DNA from: a virus
Taxonomy: Duplodnaviria; Caudoviricetes
DNA: 25,375 nt
Direction: 5' to 3' (one strand)
IMG/VR virus record: IMGVR_UViG_3300005805_000444
Span: 1 to 25,375 of that record
Shown here one piece after another: positions 24,499-25,375 of the stretch. The notes under the pieces were generated by a model. The model had not been told where the DNA came from, ran no database searches, and saw only the letters and a list, made by a program, of their open reading frames with translations. Position numbers and translations under genes: made by a program. Within the stretch, counting starts at the first letter, position 1, and the number at the start of each line of letters is the position of its first letter.

Positions 24499-24890
24499 AC
24501 CTTGCGGCCAATATTGTATTTGGTCACTAACTCCCACTCATTCTTCTCTTTGTATGGAATGATCTTAATCTGAGACATAGCAGCAACAGGGTCTTTAGAC
24601 TTTGCTGGATCAACGAGATCAACAAGGTCCCACTCTGCCATTAGGTTAGCAATTGTATTACGACGACCTATATCTTCTTCTGAGAAGTTTGATGGTTTGT
24701 TATCCAATGCAAACAGCTCTTTAAAGTGAACGATGTAGTATAGACCTTGCTTGTGGAGAATGTGACAGGACTGGTACAGCTTCTTCTCTTTTTTGGATGC
24801 AACACCAATCCGTGTCAGAGTTTCCCGGACTTTCAAAAAGTCTTCATCTGTTTTGAGCTTCACTTCGACGAGAGTTTCCAGTTTGATCAT
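24495..24890 (-). CDS. regA: Translational repressor RegA
   Basis: DFLKVRETLTRIGVAS, LYQSCHILHKQG.YYIVHFKELF, RRNTIA and W.LV.KYNIG. Confidence 0.97.
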   Translation of the reverse strand: MIKLETLVEVKLKTDEDFLKVRETLTRIGVASKKEKKLYQSCHILHKQGLYYIVHFKELFALDNKPSNFSEEDIGRRNTIANLMAEWDLVDLVDPAKSKDPVAAMSQIKIIPYKEKNEWELVTKYNIGRKV

Positions 24891-25266
24891 TATTCCCACC
24901 ACGTTGTAATTTTTGTTTTATGTAGTGCAAATTGTCGATCGTGAGAATTGAAAGCGCCTGGTGAGCCTTCTCTGTGCTGTATCCATAGTATTGTTTCACA
25001 GCATCTAAATCTTCCACATCTTCACGTTTCACCCATTTTGCAAACCTCTTTCCGGGTCGAATGGTATTTAGAAGATAGTGGTATTGGAGTTTATTTTCTG
25101 CATGGGGGACCATGCTCATCTGATTGGCGTGGAGAATCGTTTCTGGAAAATAAGAAAGTGCCTTGTTAACAAGAAAAGGAGCATACTCAGTTTCTGAAAC
25201 TTCAGTATCTTTCAACAGGTCTTTTTTTGTTTGGTTAATACTATTAACAAAGTCAAATGGGTTCAT
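24844..25266 (-). CDS. 62: Clamp loader small subunit gp62
   Basis: FDFVNSIN, YAPFLVNKALS, QYHYLLNTIR..KRF.KW and VKQYYGYS..KA. It is adjacent to regA as in T4. Confidence 0.93.
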   Translation of the reverse strand: MNPFDFVNSINQTKKDLLKDTEVSETEYAPFLVNKALSYFPETILHANQMSMVPHAENKLQYHYLLNTIRPGKRFAKWVKREDVEDLDAVKQYYGYSTEKAHQALSILTIDNLHYIKQKLQRGGNNDQTGNSRRSEAQNR

Positions 25267-25375
25267 GCTACTATTGTAAATTCGTTTAGACGCATTATAT
25301 CATTAAGTGCAAGCTCAGCAGCATCGATAATTTTATCTGCAACATAAGAAACATCAACATGACGGCCAGGCTTAT
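25263..25375 (-). CDS. 3' end of an upstream gene (not recognisably gp44; possibly an SDR-like C-terminus)
   Basis: Open frame ...KPGRHVDVSYVADKIIDAAELALNDIMRLNEFTIVA*, ATGA-coupled to gp62. Confidence 0.5.
   Translation of the reverse strand, partial: KPGRHVDVSYVADKIIDAAELALNDIMRLNEFTIVA

Noticed and set aside
25267-25302. TGaTATAAT and TACAAT upstream of gp62
   Set aside because: They lie inside the upstream CDS with no -35, and gp62 is already explained by ATGA coupling.

Overview
This is a fragment of a large T4-like (myovirus-type) phage genome, roughly 40% GC and almost entirely on the minus strand. It holds the T4 replication core (gp62, regA, gp43 DNA polymerase, UvsX, gp41 helicase). 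About 8.7 kb of accessory genes lie between regA and gp43: a stress/redox block (rubrerythrin, rubredoxin, Hsp20 behind a ROSE-like thermometer, a DUF3563-like protein), dCMP deaminase, a metallophosphoesterase, a Pol-beta-like nucleotidyltransferase, and an inverted five-gene plus-strand late operon of exported/membrane proteins whose first gene carries Asn/Thr-rich amyloid-like repeats. Downstream of gp41 are a five-gene glycosyltransferase/methyltransferase cluster and a late-promoter block (consensus NNTAAATA) of probable head-packaged proteins. That block includes a ligase-like/HIGH-nucleotidyltransferase fusion, a PD-(D/E)XK nuclease and a GIY-YIG homing endonuclease flanked by a duplicated structured leader. 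The accessory genes suggest a proteobacterial, probably betaproteobacterial, aquatic host (inference). Four complete small ORFs and two edge-truncated ORFs missing from the ORF track were read by hand. Family and DUF assignments come from motif recognition and memory, not database searches. No tRNA, rRNA or CRISPR array was seen.
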